From Calditrichia bacterium (GTDB lineage: Bacteria > Calditrichota > Calditrichia > RBG-13-44-9 > J075): 64,000 nucleotides of DNA. Below the pieces are notes generated by a model, which made no database searches, was not told the origin of the DNA, and was given only the letters and a program-made list of their open reading frames with translations. Location: assembly GCA_050633245.1 (NCBI GenBank), contig JBOEGD010000012.1:131059-195058 (forward strand). Reading direction: 5' to 3'. The position numbers were made by a program, and so were the translations under genes. Each line of letters starts with the position of its first letter. Position 1 is the stretch's first letter. Shown here piece by piece: positions 40,134 to 50,475 of the stretch.

Positions 40134-41186
40134 ATGTCCGAAGCTGTTTATACAGACGTAGCTACTTTCATAAGCCTTGCAGAATCGCAGCCGGTTCTGG
40201 ACGTGCGCGCACCCAGCGAATTTGCCAAAGGCCATATCCCCGGCGCATATAATCTACCGCTGTTTTCGGATGATGAACGTGCACTCGTCGGCACACTATA
40301 TAAAAACGTTGGGCGCAAGGCCGCAATGCTCGCCGGGCTCGAACACATTGGCCCGCGTATGCGCGAATATGTTGAGCAGATCGAGAAAATCACAGATCAA
40401 AATAAGCTGCTCGTTCATTGCTGGCGAGGCGGCATGCGCAGCAAAAGTATTGCCTGGCTTCTTGGGCTATTCGACTATGAAGTAACGTTACTAGAAGGCG
40501 GCTATAAGTCGTTTAGACAGCACATCCTAAAAACATTTGAGTCGCAAAAGACCGTTTATATTCTCAGCGGAAAAACGGGTAGTAAGAAAACCGTCATTTT
40601 AAATAAGCTGGCTGACAGCGAACAGGTAATTGATCTTGAGGGGCTGGCACATCATAAGGGCTCTTCTTTTGGTGCCATCGGCCAGCTTCCGCAACCCACT
40701 CAGCAGCAGTTTGAAAACAAGCTGGGAATTGCCTGGGCATCGCAAAAACCTGATGTTCCTCTGTGGCTGGAAGATGAAAGTCGCCATATTGGACAGTGCA
40801 CCATGCCGCTCGAGATTTGGCAGCAAATGCGCGATGCACAGGTTTTATTTCTCGATGCCAGCCTGGAAGATCGATGTGATCATTTAATGAACGAATATGG
40901 CGGCTTTAACGTCGAAGAATTGGAAGCAGCTACCAGGCGCGTTCGCGAAAGACTTGGCGGGCTACATACTCAACAAGCATTAACGTGTCTTGCAGAAGAC
41001 GACCGTGCCGGTTGTTGCGCAATTTTACTCGAGCACTATTACGACAAGACTTATCTACACGGTTTGTCTAAAAGATCACCGGAGTCAATTCATAGAATAC
41101 CCGTTTCCCTGAAAGACATTGACGTTATCATAGAGCATTTAACCTCCGCTCGTGCCTCACTCGTTCACGAAGCAAAGGAGATCTAA
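40134..41186 (+). CDS. mnmH: tRNA 2-selenouridine(34) synthase
   Basis: Rhodanese DVRAPSEF..GHIPGA, HCWRGGMRS; P-loop GKTGSKKT; IDLEGLAHHKGSSFG; EDESRHIG. Confidence 0.95.
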   Translation: MSEAVYTDVATFISLAESQPVLDVRAPSEFAKGHIPGAYNLPLFSDDERALVGTLYKNVGRKAAMLAGLEHIGPRMREYVEQIEKITDQNKLLVHCWRGGMRSKSIAWLLGLFDYEVTLLEGGYKSFRQHILKTFESQKTVYILSGKTGSKKTVILNKLADSEQVIDLEGLAHHKGSSFGAIGQLPQPTQQQFENKLGIAWASQKPDVPLWLEDESRHIGQCTMPLEIWQQMRDAQVLFLDASLEDRCDHLMNEYGGFNVEELEAATRRVRERLGGLHTQQALTCLAEDDRAGCCAILLEHYYDKTYLHGLSKRSPESIHRIPVSLKDIDVIIEHLTSARASLVHEAKEI

Positions 41187-42242
41187 ATGGCTTCAGATAG
41201 ACGAAGCTTCCTAAAAGGTCTGGGTAGCGCCGCACTACTTTCCTTAGCCTACGCCCCGCATGTCGCCGCGCAGTATATTCCGCCAAGCGCCGGGCATACG
41301 CCGGTCAATGTTATGATACCACGAGACTATCGACTTCCGTCCGGCAGTGAACTGGAGAACTACAAATTTCGCCTTACCAGAGCCACTCTCGATTTACTGG
41401 AAAAGCACTACAGCAGCAAACCGATTCCGGTTTGGGATAAAACCTTTAGCCAAATCGATCTCGAGAAACGGTTGACCAACATTGTATATTGGCTGGTTAA
41501 GGGAATCGAAAATCATCAGTCCATCTATCCCTTAGATCCGGCATGGGCAATTTCGATGATTATGAAAGAGTCTTATTTTTACGAATTTGCCATCTCAAGA
41601 GCACTGGCTGTTGGCATTTGTCAGTTCGTACAACCAACCGCACTGTCCTACAACATGCTGTGTGCAGGACAAGATGATGCTCACAAACGAGCGCCGTATA
41701 AAGAGCTTAAGTTTGCCTCGGAATCCAATCGATACTACGAATTGCGCACGCAGCGACGGTCTTATCGTCGAAAATATCGTCCAAAAAACCGCTACACCAT
41801 CGAGCAGGCACTTGAAGTCATTAGCGGCAACGTCACAGATGACCAACGCCAAAAGGCCAAGACGCAACTGACCTACGAAAAGCGCTATAATAAATTTTCT
41901 GATGATATGAGACAGGCTCAAGCTAATTATCGAACGTATCTACTGGCGAATGTGGAAGGACGCGATATTTTTAATCGGAAGGATATTCGTTTCCTGGTTG
42001 GCTTTGAAGAACGCTTTACCTATAAAAAGCCGCTGGACTCAATGGCAAAAATGCTCGCCAGCAGCTTGCGGGCACGTAGTGGCAATATCTTAGCTGCGGC
42101 AATTGGCTATAATGCCGGACTAAGTTCAACCAAGGCCGTTGGACGTTACAAGCCTTTCGGAAGAATTCCAGCCATTGAACAATCGACTACCTATCTGAGC
42201 CACATTCTGGTGAATCACCACGATATCATCAGCAGGATGTAA
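41187..42242 (+). CDS. Tat-exported SLT-type lytic transglycosylase domain protein
   Basis: Tat motif DRRSFLK; motif I MKES, motif II AVGICQF, motif III GYNAG. Confidence 0.75.
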   Translation: MASDRRSFLKGLGSAALLSLAYAPHVAAQYIPPSAGHTPVNVMIPRDYRLPSGSELENYKFRLTRATLDLLEKHYSSKPIPVWDKTFSQIDLEKRLTNIVYWLVKGIENHQSIYPLDPAWAISMIMKESYFYEFAISRALAVGICQFVQPTALSYNMLCAGQDDAHKRAPYKELKFASESNRYYELRTQRRSYRRKYRPKNRYTIEQALEVISGNVTDDQRQKAKTQLTYEKRYNKFSDDMRQAQANYRTYLLANVEGRDIFNRKDIRFLVGFEERFTYKKPLDSMAKMLASSLRARSGNILAAAIGYNAGLSSTKAVGRYKPFGRIPAIEQSTTYLSHILVNHHDIISRM

Positions 42243-42319
42243 CAGCGGTGAATGGTGAACAATTTCTCACCTTCTTTTCTGACCGTTTCTCACTTTCGTT
42301 TCTCACTGCTTCTACCAAC

Positions 42320-42367
42320 TGCCTTATTGCCTTATTGCCTTATTGCCTTATTGCCTTATTGCCTTAT
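42320..42367. repeat. Perfect octamer tandem repeat (TGCCTTAT)x6
   Basis: Six exact copies; 8 nt separate the tract from ATG 42376. Confidence 0.95.
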
Positions 42368-42375
42368 ATTTTAGC

Positions 42376-43608
42376 ATGAAAACTCCACCCTATAAAAATC
42401 TGTTAACGAAAATCGGTCCCGGAATCGCCATTGCTGCAACCGGCATCGGTGCGGGAGATATGGTAGCTGCGGCTGTTGCAGGATCCAGATATGGTTTTGC
42501 CGTTCTCTGGGTCGCACTATTTGGTGCGCTGTTAAAGTTTAGCTTAAACGAAGGTATCGCCCGCTGGCAGTTGGCAACAGGAACAACGCTTATCGAAGGC
42601 TGGAGCAATCATCTTGGGAAATGGATATCCTGGCTATTTGCCGCCTATTTAGTCCTGTGGTCATTTATTGTCGCCGGAGCAATGATGTCCGCCTGTGGCC
42701 TTGCCGCACACGCCATCTTTCCTCAACTATCGGTTGCCGCCTGGGGAGCTATACATTCACTGATAGCGCTAACGTTAGTTCTGCTGGGCGGCTATTCACT
42801 TTTCGAAAATCTGGTTAAGGTTATCATTGCCGCGATGTTTCTACTCGTGCTAACGTGTGCCGTATGGATTCAACCCGATCCACATGCCCTCATTTCCGGT
42901 TTGGTCATTCCGAAAATCCCTGCTGGAAGTGGGCCGTTTTTGCTCGGCATAATTGGCGGCGTGGGTGGTAGCGTGACCGTTCTCAACTACAGCTACTGGA
43001 TTCAGGAAAAAGGTTGGCGCGATGCTTCCTTTACGTCAATGATGAGATTGGATTTGGGAGTTGCTTATATATTGACCGGTCTGTTTGGCGTGGCTATCAT
43101 GCTGTTGGCGGCAGGTGTAAAACCCGAGGCAATTCAGGGAAGCGCAATGGTTTTAGCGTTGGCAGAACGACTGGGAGATTTGTTCCCTACCGCTAAGAGT
43201 TTATTTCTTTGGGGATTTTGGGCAGCCGTTTTTACAAGCATGCTCGGCGTTTGGCAGGGCATCCCCTATTTGTTCGCAGACTTCCTGCGCGTTCAAGGTC
43301 CGACACCGGAACAGAAATTATCCACCCGACTACCCAGCTATCGCTCTTTTCTCATTTTTCTGGCAATTCCTCCCATGCTTCTTCTACTCTATGATCGTCC
43401 GGTGTTTATCATTATCCTCTATGCTATTACCGGTGCCCTTTTTATGCCCTTTCTTGCAGCAACATTGCTCTACATGAACAATAATTCGGACTGGGTAAAC
43501 AGTCTGAAGAATGGTTGGAAGATGAACATCGCACTTGCGCTCGCGCTGTTAGTCATGCTTAGTCTTTTCATACGTCAAATTTTTATACAAATCAGCAAAC
43601 TTGGATAA
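42376..43608 (+). CDS. Nramp-superfamily (YcsG-like) membrane transporter
   Basis: IGPGIAIAATGIGAGD, LKFSLNEGIARWQLATG, many TM helices; lacks canonical DPGN. Confidence 0.82.
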   Translation: MKTPPYKNLLTKIGPGIAIAATGIGAGDMVAAAVAGSRYGFAVLWVALFGALLKFSLNEGIARWQLATGTTLIEGWSNHLGKWISWLFAAYLVLWSFIVAGAMMSACGLAAHAIFPQLSVAAWGAIHSLIALTLVLLGGYSLFENLVKVIIAAMFLLVLTCAVWIQPDPHALISGLVIPKIPAGSGPFLLGIIGGVGGSVTVLNYSYWIQEKGWRDASFTSMMRLDLGVAYILTGLFGVAIMLLAAGVKPEAIQGSAMVLALAERLGDLFPTAKSLFLWGFWAAVFTSMLGVWQGIPYLFADFLRVQGPTPEQKLSTRLPSYRSFLIFLAIPPMLLLLYDRPVFIIILYAITGALFMPFLAATLLYMNNNSDWVNSLKNGWKMNIALALALLVMLSLFIRQIFIQISKLG

Positions 43609-43611
43609 ACG

Positions 43612-44397
43612 ATGCCGACTTCACCTGATGCTCTTTTAGAGAGAATGCATATAATTAGTACGACAGTTGCGAATAGCGGTAATGGACTTGCCGTTATTGG
43701 TCTTGGTTCGGTTGGAATAGAAACCGAGCGCATGGATGAATATTCTGATCTCGATTTCTTTGTGATTGTTAAGGACGGTTTCCGCGACTTCTTTCTAAAC
43801 GATTTAAACTGGATGCAAACGCCGTGCCCACTTGTTTGGTATTTCATGAATACGGTAGACGGGTATAAGGCTCTTTATGAAGATGGCATCTTCTGTGAAA
43901 TGGCTGTTTTCGAGGCAAATCAACTGCATCAAATTCCTTTTGCTCCCGGTCGGGTTATCTGGAAAGCAGCAGACGTTGACGATAACATTGCTGCTCCGGC
44001 ACGTGGAAAAGCCGGCCCTCCGCCCGCTACCACTGAGTGGGTTCTCGGTGAGGCTTTGTCAAATTTATATGTCGGTATGTGCCGTTATCATCGGGGTGAG
44101 AAAATATCTGCGCTGCGCTTTATTCAAAGTTATGCTGTGGATCGTGTTCTCGATCTCGTTGATAGACTAAATCCGACAGACAATCACTATCCAGACGCCT
44201 TTGACATGAATCGACGATTTGAAAAGCGCTTCCCGCAGATTATAGAGCAACTTCCCAACTTCCTAACCGGCTATTCAGAAATCCCCGAATCGGCTATGGC
44301 AATCCTGGCATTTCTCGACAAGCATTTTGAAGTTAATGAGGCAATTCGCATGGAAATTGATGGCATGTGTAAACAGGCTTTTCACAACCGCGCCTAG
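43612..44397 (+). CDS. Pol-beta-fold nucleotidyltransferase, LinB/Lnu-like
   Basis: GLGS..DEYSDLDFFVIV motif; helical C-terminus with RGEKISA and RRFE. Confidence 0.65.
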   Translation: MPTSPDALLERMHIISTTVANSGNGLAVIGLGSVGIETERMDEYSDLDFFVIVKDGFRDFFLNDLNWMQTPCPLVWYFMNTVDGYKALYEDGIFCEMAVFEANQLHQIPFAPGRVIWKAADVDDNIAAPARGKAGPPPATTEWVLGEALSNLYVGMCRYHRGEKISALRFIQSYAVDRVLDLVDRLNPTDNHYPDAFDMNRRFEKRFPQIIEQLPNFLTGYSEIPESAMAILAFLDKHFEVNEAIRMEIDGMCKQAFHNRA

Positions 44398-44480
44398 TTT
44401 TTGTGTATCGGATCTTTTACAAGTCTAAATCGTGAAATAGCCATATTGCACGTCTATTATATATCCGCTATGGAGAGTTT

Positions 44481-45422
44481 ATGAAAACATCGTTTCGACT
44501 GATGGCTGCATCCCTTGTTTTATTTGCTATGCTCAGCTGCGCAGATAGAGTAGATTCAAACACCATTCAAGACCCGGGCATCCCTTCTGAAATAGAATGG
44601 GAGCCAACCAGCATGCTCGATAGTGATAATGCCGTAAGCACATTAACACTTAACGCTAACGGATATCTTATCGCCGGGATTGAAGATGGCGATACCTACC
44701 GAACGAAAGAGATTGGCGATGAATGGAAGGAAATTGCGCTATCATTCGTTCGTGTGTCAGATCTGTTGCTTTTAGACAGTTCACAAATTCTTGCAGCCAC
44801 TGGTGGAACGGGATTATTCTCCTCTACAGACAATGGCCTCAGCTGGCAACAACGAGTAAACTCTCCCATTACCAATGTTTCTGCTCTGACACAATTAGAG
44901 GATGGAAAGGTTGCCGCTGCCGGTCCACGGGGATTTTTCCTTGCTGCAAATATTGATGATGAGTGGATCGAGTTCAACGGTGGTTTGTCTTCAGGCGTCT
45001 TCTTCACACGGCTGAGAGAGTCAAATGGCCAGCTATTTGGCGGTACCCCTCAAGGGGTTTATCAGTTTAACGGCACCGGATGGGATGAAACTCAAGTGAA
45101 CAGTACGGTTCTGGCAATGGAGACATTTTCTGGTGGGCTGCTGGTGAGTTCCAATGCCGGTCTCTTTCTTCATAACGCCGGCGGTTGGCGTAGTTTGCCC
45201 TCTGCACCGAACGGCAATTCCTTTACCGCGCTGGAGACAACCGACTCAGGGCTTGTTTTTGCAGCAACAAACAGCGGTATCTTTACCGCAAACACTTCAA
45301 GCTTTCAGTGGCAGGAGTTTGGCTTAAACGACAAATCGGTGCGCGTCTTGCAATATCAACCACAGCGCAATATGCTTTTTGCCAGCGTAGAACGACGCGT
45401 CTACAGACTGAAATTGGATTAA
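44481..45422 (+). CDS. Beta-propeller repeat lipoprotein
   Basis: Lipobox MLSC; repeats GLFSSTDNGLSW, FAATNSGIF. Confidence 0.75.
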   Translation: MKTSFRLMAASLVLFAMLSCADRVDSNTIQDPGIPSEIEWEPTSMLDSDNAVSTLTLNANGYLIAGIEDGDTYRTKEIGDEWKEIALSFVRVSDLLLLDSSQILAATGGTGLFSSTDNGLSWQQRVNSPITNVSALTQLEDGKVAAAGPRGFFLAANIDDEWIEFNGGLSSGVFFTRLRESNGQLFGGTPQGVYQFNGTGWDETQVNSTVLAMETFSGGLLVSSNAGLFLHNAGGWRSLPSAPNGNSFTALETTDSGLVFAATNSGIFTANTSSFQWQEFGLNDKSVRVLQYQPQRNMLFASVERRVYRLKLD

Positions 45423-45511
45423 GCTCCATTTTTTTTCAAAATATCGACGGCTTATTCTAAGTATTAGTATAGAGGTAGGCTTGTCTAGTAAATACTTTCT
45501 TGACTCGATTA

Positions 45512-45527
45512 CTTACATTTGTGTAAG
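45512..45527. promoter_or_regulatory. Candidate TA autorepression operator
   Basis: Inverted repeat CTTACA-N4-TGTAAG overlapping the RBS region; TTGACT just upstream. Confidence 0.5.
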
Positions 45528-45535
45528 GAGAAAAA

Positions 45536-45787
45536 ATGGCTGGCAAACGAACCGTTATCAGTGGACGCATTTCAGCAGAGTTAAAAGCACGACTTGATGA
45601 AGCGTCCAAACTAACGCAGCGCTCACAAAACTTCTTATTTGAGCAGGCATTGAACTATTATTTAGATGAACTTCTTGATCTACAAATAGCCAAAGACAGG
45701 CTAAACGACCCCGCCGATAAACTGGTAACGCTTGAGGAGTTCAGCAATGAGCTTTCAGATACTTCTGAAGTCGTCAGTAAAAAATGA
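45536..45787 (+). CDS. Ribbon-helix-helix antitoxin (RelB-like)
   Basis: VISGRISAELKARLDE..RSQNFLFEQAL; acidic C-terminus; overlaps the toxin gene. Confidence 0.8.
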   Translation: MAGKRTVISGRISAELKARLDEASKLTQRSQNFLFEQALNYYLDELLDLQIAKDRLNDPADKLVTLEEFSNELSDTSEVVSKK

Positions 45788-46013
45788 TTTAAAGGGAATT
45801 GACAAAGCGGCTTTTGGAAAGCTCTTCAGCAAGGCATTTCAAGTTTTGATGACGCGACCGGGGAATGGCAAAGCTCTTTTGGGAAACTTTAGCGGGTATT
45901 ATCGCCTACGCGTAGGCGACTATCGAACCACCTATATTATTCGCGATCAAACGGTAATTATCGCTCGAATTGGTCATCGTAGTGAAGTCTATAATAAACC
46001 GCTTAGTGATTAG
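45747..46013 (+). CDS. relE: RelE/ParE family toxin
   Basis: GKALLGNFSGYYRLRVGDYR...IGHRSEVY. Confidence 0.88.
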   Translation: MSFQILLKSSVKNDLKGIDKAAFGKLFSKAFQVLMTRPGNGKALLGNFSGYYRLRVGDYRTTYIIRDQTVIIARIGHRSEVYNKPLSD

Positions 46014-46063
46014 CAAACTTCCGCTCTTATCGAATCACCCTTTTTCACCCCAGCATCCATGTT

Positions 46064-47125
46064 CTACTCTAGAATAACCCCGGCCCCCAAGCACACGCCA
46101 TCATCATAAAACACCGCAAATTGTCCCGGCGCAATACCGCTGCGGTCGGCACGCTCCATTTTTACATTAGCCTCAGAGCCATCGGCTGAAAACTCTGCGG
46201 CACAATTGTAGATGGTCTCACCATGGCGAATCTTAACCCGCAAATCAGAGGTCGTTGGCTGCTCACCGGAAATCCAGTTAAATGCGCCGGCCTTAAAGCT
46301 GTCGCGATGTTTTTCTTCCATATTATGGCGACGAGAGATGTAAACAGTGTTATTCGGCAGATCTTTCTTTACCACATACCACGGACCACCGGACAAACCA
46401 AGTCCCTGTCGTTGTCCGATCGTATAGTAATAATAACCATTGTGCTCGCCCATCTTCTCGTTGGTATCGATCTCTATTAAATCGCCTTTCATAATGCCAA
46501 GGTGTTCCTTGATGAAATCTGAAAACCGTATTTGCCCAAGAAAACAAAGCCCCTGGCTATCGCGACGATCCTGCGTCGGCAAATCATATTTAGCAGCCAG
46601 ATCGCGCACCTGCGCTTTGGTATATTCACCAATCGGAAATAACGCACGAGAAAGCTGCTGCTGCGAGCAGTAGGCAAGAAAGTAGGTCTGGTCTTTTATC
46701 GGATCGGGCGTCATGAAAAGTTCTGCTTTGCCATTCACCTCTCTTATACGAGCATAATGCCCGGAGGCAACCTTCTCATAAGAGGTATCTATCTTATCAA
46801 TAAACTGACCGAACTTCACCAGGTTATTACAAAACATATCCGGGTTTGGTGTACGCCCGGCTTTTATCTCATCAATCGTGTAGCTGATTACGCTGTTCCA
46901 GTATTCATCCTGCATCGGCACCACCTCAAGCGGCACGCCAGCCTGCTCGCACACACCACGAGCATAGGTAAGATCTTCCTCCCAGGGACATTCCCCTAAA
47001 AAAGAGAATTCTTCCTGAAGCCATATTTTCAAATAAAAGGCAGTAACGTCATGTCCCTGCTCTTTTAACAATCGCAGCGCAACAGAACTGTCTACGCCAC
47101 CGGATAATAACATTGCAATTTTCAT
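46064..47125 (-). CDS. mnmA: tRNA 2-thiouridine(34) synthase
   Basis: LLSGGVDSSV, GRTPNPD, GHYAR, KDQTYFL, DSQGLCF, TIGQRQGLG, APGQFAVFY. Confidence 0.96.
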   Translation of the reverse strand: MKIAMLLSGGVDSSVALRLLKEQGHDVTAFYLKIWLQEEFSFLGECPWEEDLTYARGVCEQAGVPLEVVPMQDEYWNSVISYTIDEIKAGRTPNPDMFCNNLVKFGQFIDKIDTSYEKVASGHYARIREVNGKAELFMTPDPIKDQTYFLAYCSQQQLSRALFPIGEYTKAQVRDLAAKYDLPTQDRRDSQGLCFLGQIRFSDFIKEHLGIMKGDLIEIDTNEKMGEHNGYYYYTIGQRQGLGLSGGPWYVVKKDLPNNTVYISRRHNMEEKHRDSFKAGAFNWISGEQPTTSDLRVKIRHGETIYNCAAEFSADGSEANVKMERADRSGIAPGQFAVFYDDGVCLGAGVILE

Positions 47126-47177
47126 GGGGTAAAGATAACGTGTGGTTTTGCCTCGATCAAGAGGCAAGCAGGATCCG

Positions 47178-48236
47178 TTACTGAGAGGAATGCTTCTTCT
47201 CATGTTCAAGTAGCCATTGCTTTCGCGGCAGCCCACCGCCATAGCCGGTCAGTCTGCCATCCGAGCCAATAATGCGATGACAGGGCACCACAATGGAGAT
47301 GCGATTGCAGCCATTGGCGGTTCCAACTGCACGAACAGCCTTGTCTCGGCCGATTCGTCTGGCCTGTTTTCCATAAGTAGAGGTTTCACCAAACGGCACC
47401 TTTAAAAGCGCCTCCCACACTTCCTGCTGAAAATCGGTTCCCGGCATATCCAAAGCGACGGTAAACTGCTTTCTGCTTCCGGAAAAATACTCGTCTAACT
47501 CAGTTCGCAGCTGCCTCAGATGGTCATTTTCACCCTGAAGGATAATCGCCTTTAACCGCTTGCACAAATCGCGCAGCTCTTTTTGCAGCACCTCGCGGTC
47601 GGTGAATTCTAAAAGACAAAGTCCCTTATCCGAAGCACAGGCAAACATTGCCCCCAATGGGGTTGGAATCCGAGTTAGATTCAGCACAGCCTTTTGCGCG
47701 GCATTTTCAGGTGACAGGCCGGTTAGCGTTTTGAAGGCATAGCCAAATCCACTAAGAGACTCATAACCTGAATCGAAAGCTGAAGCAGTAACAGCTGCTC
47801 CTCCCTTCAACTGCACATAAGCCTGGTTAATCCGCAGCATCCGCTGATACGTCTGAAACGTCATCCCGTAATGTTTATTAAACCAGCGGCGCACCGTTTC
47901 CGGAGTATAACCCATGTCGCGCAGGTTAGCATCGGATAGCTTAAGGCTTTGGTCCTCATTCAGCATGCGGATTAGCATAAGGATCTCTTCTGGTGGCTGA
48001 TGTGTGTTCTCGGTAGGCTTGCAGACCTTGCAGGGCCGAAAGCCCTCCTGAAGCGGTTCTTTCGATGACGTATAAAACTCAACATTCTTTAGCAATGGCT
48101 TTCGCGCACTGCAGGTCGCGATACAAAAAATGCCGGTCGTTTTTACAGCGACGTAAAAGATGCCCACGTATTGACTGTCCCGCTCAACCAGTGCCTTATA
48201 GTAGCGCTCAATGTCTGCAGCTTGTGATACCTTCAT
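47178..48236 (-). CDS. ada: Bifunctional Ada regulator / O6-methylguanine-DNA methyltransferase
   Basis: Ada Zn site VKTTGIFC..C..RPCKVC; AraC HTH; active site PCHR. Confidence 0.93.
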   Translation of the reverse strand: MKVSQAADIERYYKALVERDSQYVGIFYVAVKTTGIFCIATCSARKPLLKNVEFYTSSKEPLQEGFRPCKVCKPTENTHQPPEEILMLIRMLNEDQSLKLSDANLRDMGYTPETVRRWFNKHYGMTFQTYQRMLRINQAYVQLKGGAAVTASAFDSGYESLSGFGYAFKTLTGLSPENAAQKAVLNLTRIPTPLGAMFACASDKGLCLLEFTDREVLQKELRDLCKRLKAIILQGENDHLRQLRTELDEYFSGSRKQFTVALDMPGTDFQQEVWEALLKVPFGETSTYGKQARRIGRDKAVRAVGTANGCNRISIVVPCHRIIGSDGRLTGYGGGLPRKQWLLEHEKKHSSQ

Positions 48237-48397
48237 TCTATATTCTCCATTCATCCAATAGATCTTTCTAAAGCTACAACGACAATTGGAAGTATCACAA
48301 CCGAAAACCGGACAGATATTTAAAATCACATCTTTGGGGTACTCCTTGAGGCATATTGAGTTGCTATATTTCAGCAATCATTCACCTGGAGTCCATC

Positions 48398-49495
48398 ATG
48401 ACAAGTTTTCGAATCTTCGCTATTTTGCTGGCATCGTTTACAATACTATTTGCACAAAGCCGTGACGGCAAGCTCTTCGACCCGGCAGTTTCTATGACCG
48501 AGCGCAGTAGCGGAGCTCCCGAGCAAATAGAACTGCTTTTACCGTGGATCGGCAACTGGAGCGTCGAATTAAAAACCATGCCGAATGATACCACAACGAT
48601 TACCAGAACCGGCGCGGCGACATTCACACTGATGAACCGTGGGCACGCTTTTATGGAGCGTTTTCACTGCGCAGACTTTAACGGAAAAGGCAACGAGCTG
48701 AATACCGCCTCAATGATCGTCTTCAATCCCTCTCAGCAAAAATGGGGACTGGGCATCGTAAACAGCTATACGGAAAGCGTTTCATTGTACGATGGGAAAA
48801 TGGACGGGAAAAAGCTGATATTCCGAACGGCGGTACGTGGGATTGGTGGGCTCACCCTTACCTACTATTTGGCAGAAATCGATCTTTCACAAAAAGATAA
48901 AATGTATATGAGTCTGAAGGTTTCGCGGGATCATCAGCAAAGTTGGCAAACGGTAACAGAACGCCGCTACAGCCGCAGCAAAACAGCCGCAGCAGAATTG
49001 ACAACACGTAGCGATTACGGACAACCGGCCCCTGACCTGCCGGAAGAAGCTCGCGAATTCGACTTTCTTCTCGGCGAAGCAACAGCAAATCACGACATCA
49101 CCCTTCCGAACGGACAACAGGCAAAATTTCCGGTAAACGCGACGGCCGTCCACACAATGAATGGCCATGCCATTATGGAGTTCAACTGGTTTGATGTTGA
49201 TCCCAGTCTACCGGATGCCGCGACAACAATTATTCGAATCTACAATCGCACCATGCGTCGATGGGAGAACCTGTTTGCCAATAACCGCGGCAACGGGCTA
49301 CTTTTTTTCGGCGGCGTGAAAGAAGGAAACGACCTTGTACTTACCTTATTTGATACCAATAATAGCAATGCCCCCTTCAGCTACTTTGTTTTTCACAGCA
49401 TTGAGGAAAAGACCTATAAGTGGTATGCGAAAACCAGTTGGGATCGCGGTAAAACGTTCCGAAAAACCTGGCTTATTGACGTTTTAAAGAAATAA
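48398..49495 (+). CDS. Secreted protein with tandem DUF1579-like domains
   Basis: Signal peptide; two related halves (PWIGNW / FDFLLGE; SRDHQQSW / SWDRGKTF). Confidence 0.65.
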   Translation: MTSFRIFAILLASFTILFAQSRDGKLFDPAVSMTERSSGAPEQIELLLPWIGNWSVELKTMPNDTTTITRTGAATFTLMNRGHAFMERFHCADFNGKGNELNTASMIVFNPSQQKWGLGIVNSYTESVSLYDGKMDGKKLIFRTAVRGIGGLTLTYYLAEIDLSQKDKMYMSLKVSRDHQQSWQTVTERRYSRSKTAAAELTTRSDYGQPAPDLPEEAREFDFLLGEATANHDITLPNGQQAKFPVNATAVHTMNGHAIMEFNWFDVDPSLPDAATTIIRIYNRTMRRWENLFANNRGNGLLFFGGVKEGNDLVLTLFDTNNSNAPFSYFVFHSIEEKTYKWYAKTSWDRGKTFRKTWLIDVLKK

Positions 49496-49590
49496 AGCGC
49501 CAACCCTGTTTACATTGCAAATAGTCTGCAAAATCTTTAGATTTCCTTGGTTCGTTTGGGAGTTCGAATTTATATAAGGGGAGGTCACAT

Positions 49591-50376
49591 TTGAAATTCA
49601 CCAGCTTAAAGTCACTGCTACTTTCCATTGCTTTACTTTCTATTGCGTTTACTCAGGAACAGAGCCATTCCGGTACGACATCAGTTCAACAATCAGATGT
49701 CACACGCATTATCGAATTGGTAAAAGCGGGAAACTACAATCAAGCCATACAGTTTTTCGAGAGCTTTGAAAGAGAGGCTCTCGGATCTTTTACCAGTCTT
49801 CACCTTGTTGAAGCCTATCATAATCGCGGTAAAGGCTTTTCGGATAACAAAAAGTATCAGCGTGCCTTGAAAGACTTTAATAAGGCAATTAACCTCGCCG
49901 ATGAAACGCTGGATATTTCCTTAACTCTCGTTGCACGCGCCTATGTCTATCGACAGTTAAAAGCCTACGATAGCTCGTTGAAGGACTATAATACCGCTCT
50001 GAAAGCCGCCCCTAAAGACGTCGAAGCATTAATGGGACGTGGCCTCACCTGGCTCAAGTTAAGAAAGTCGAAAGAAGGCATCGCTGATTTGGATAAAGCC
50101 ATTGAGCTAAAGGCCGATTTTGCAATGGCATACTACCATCGTGGACAGGCCTATTTTGCACTCGGCCGGTTCGCTAAGGCATCAGACGATTTTCGCATGA
50201 GCACAGTCATCGATCCGGATTATGTTTGGGCCTACTACTATAACGGTTTTGCTCTCGAAAACTCCGGCAAAGCCTATGAGGCTAAAAAGGCTTATAGGCG
50301 CTTCATTGAACGAGCACCGGCAAGCTATCAAAGACATATCGCTGCCGCGCGAAAACGTATTCGCCTCTTGCAGTAG
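49591..50376 (+). CDS. Secreted TPR protein
   Basis: TTG start with GGGAGG RBS; signal peptide; TPR repeats AYHNRG..ALKDFNKAI, AYYHRG. Confidence 0.88.
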   Translation: MKFTSLKSLLLSIALLSIAFTQEQSHSGTTSVQQSDVTRIIELVKAGNYNQAIQFFESFEREALGSFTSLHLVEAYHNRGKGFSDNKKYQRALKDFNKAINLADETLDISLTLVARAYVYRQLKAYDSSLKDYNTALKAAPKDVEALMGRGLTWLKLRKSKEGIADLDKAIELKADFAMAYYHRGQAYFALGRFAKASDDFRMSTVIDPDYVWAYYYNGFALENSGKAYEAKKAYRRFIERAPASYQRHIAAARKRIRLLQ

Positions 50377-50475
50377 AAAAACATATAGCCTATCTTCAAT
50401 CGTCTTCAACTACTACTTTGTGAAACTTTACACATATCGTCACGTATAATTATTGGAATAAACGAAACGATTGGT

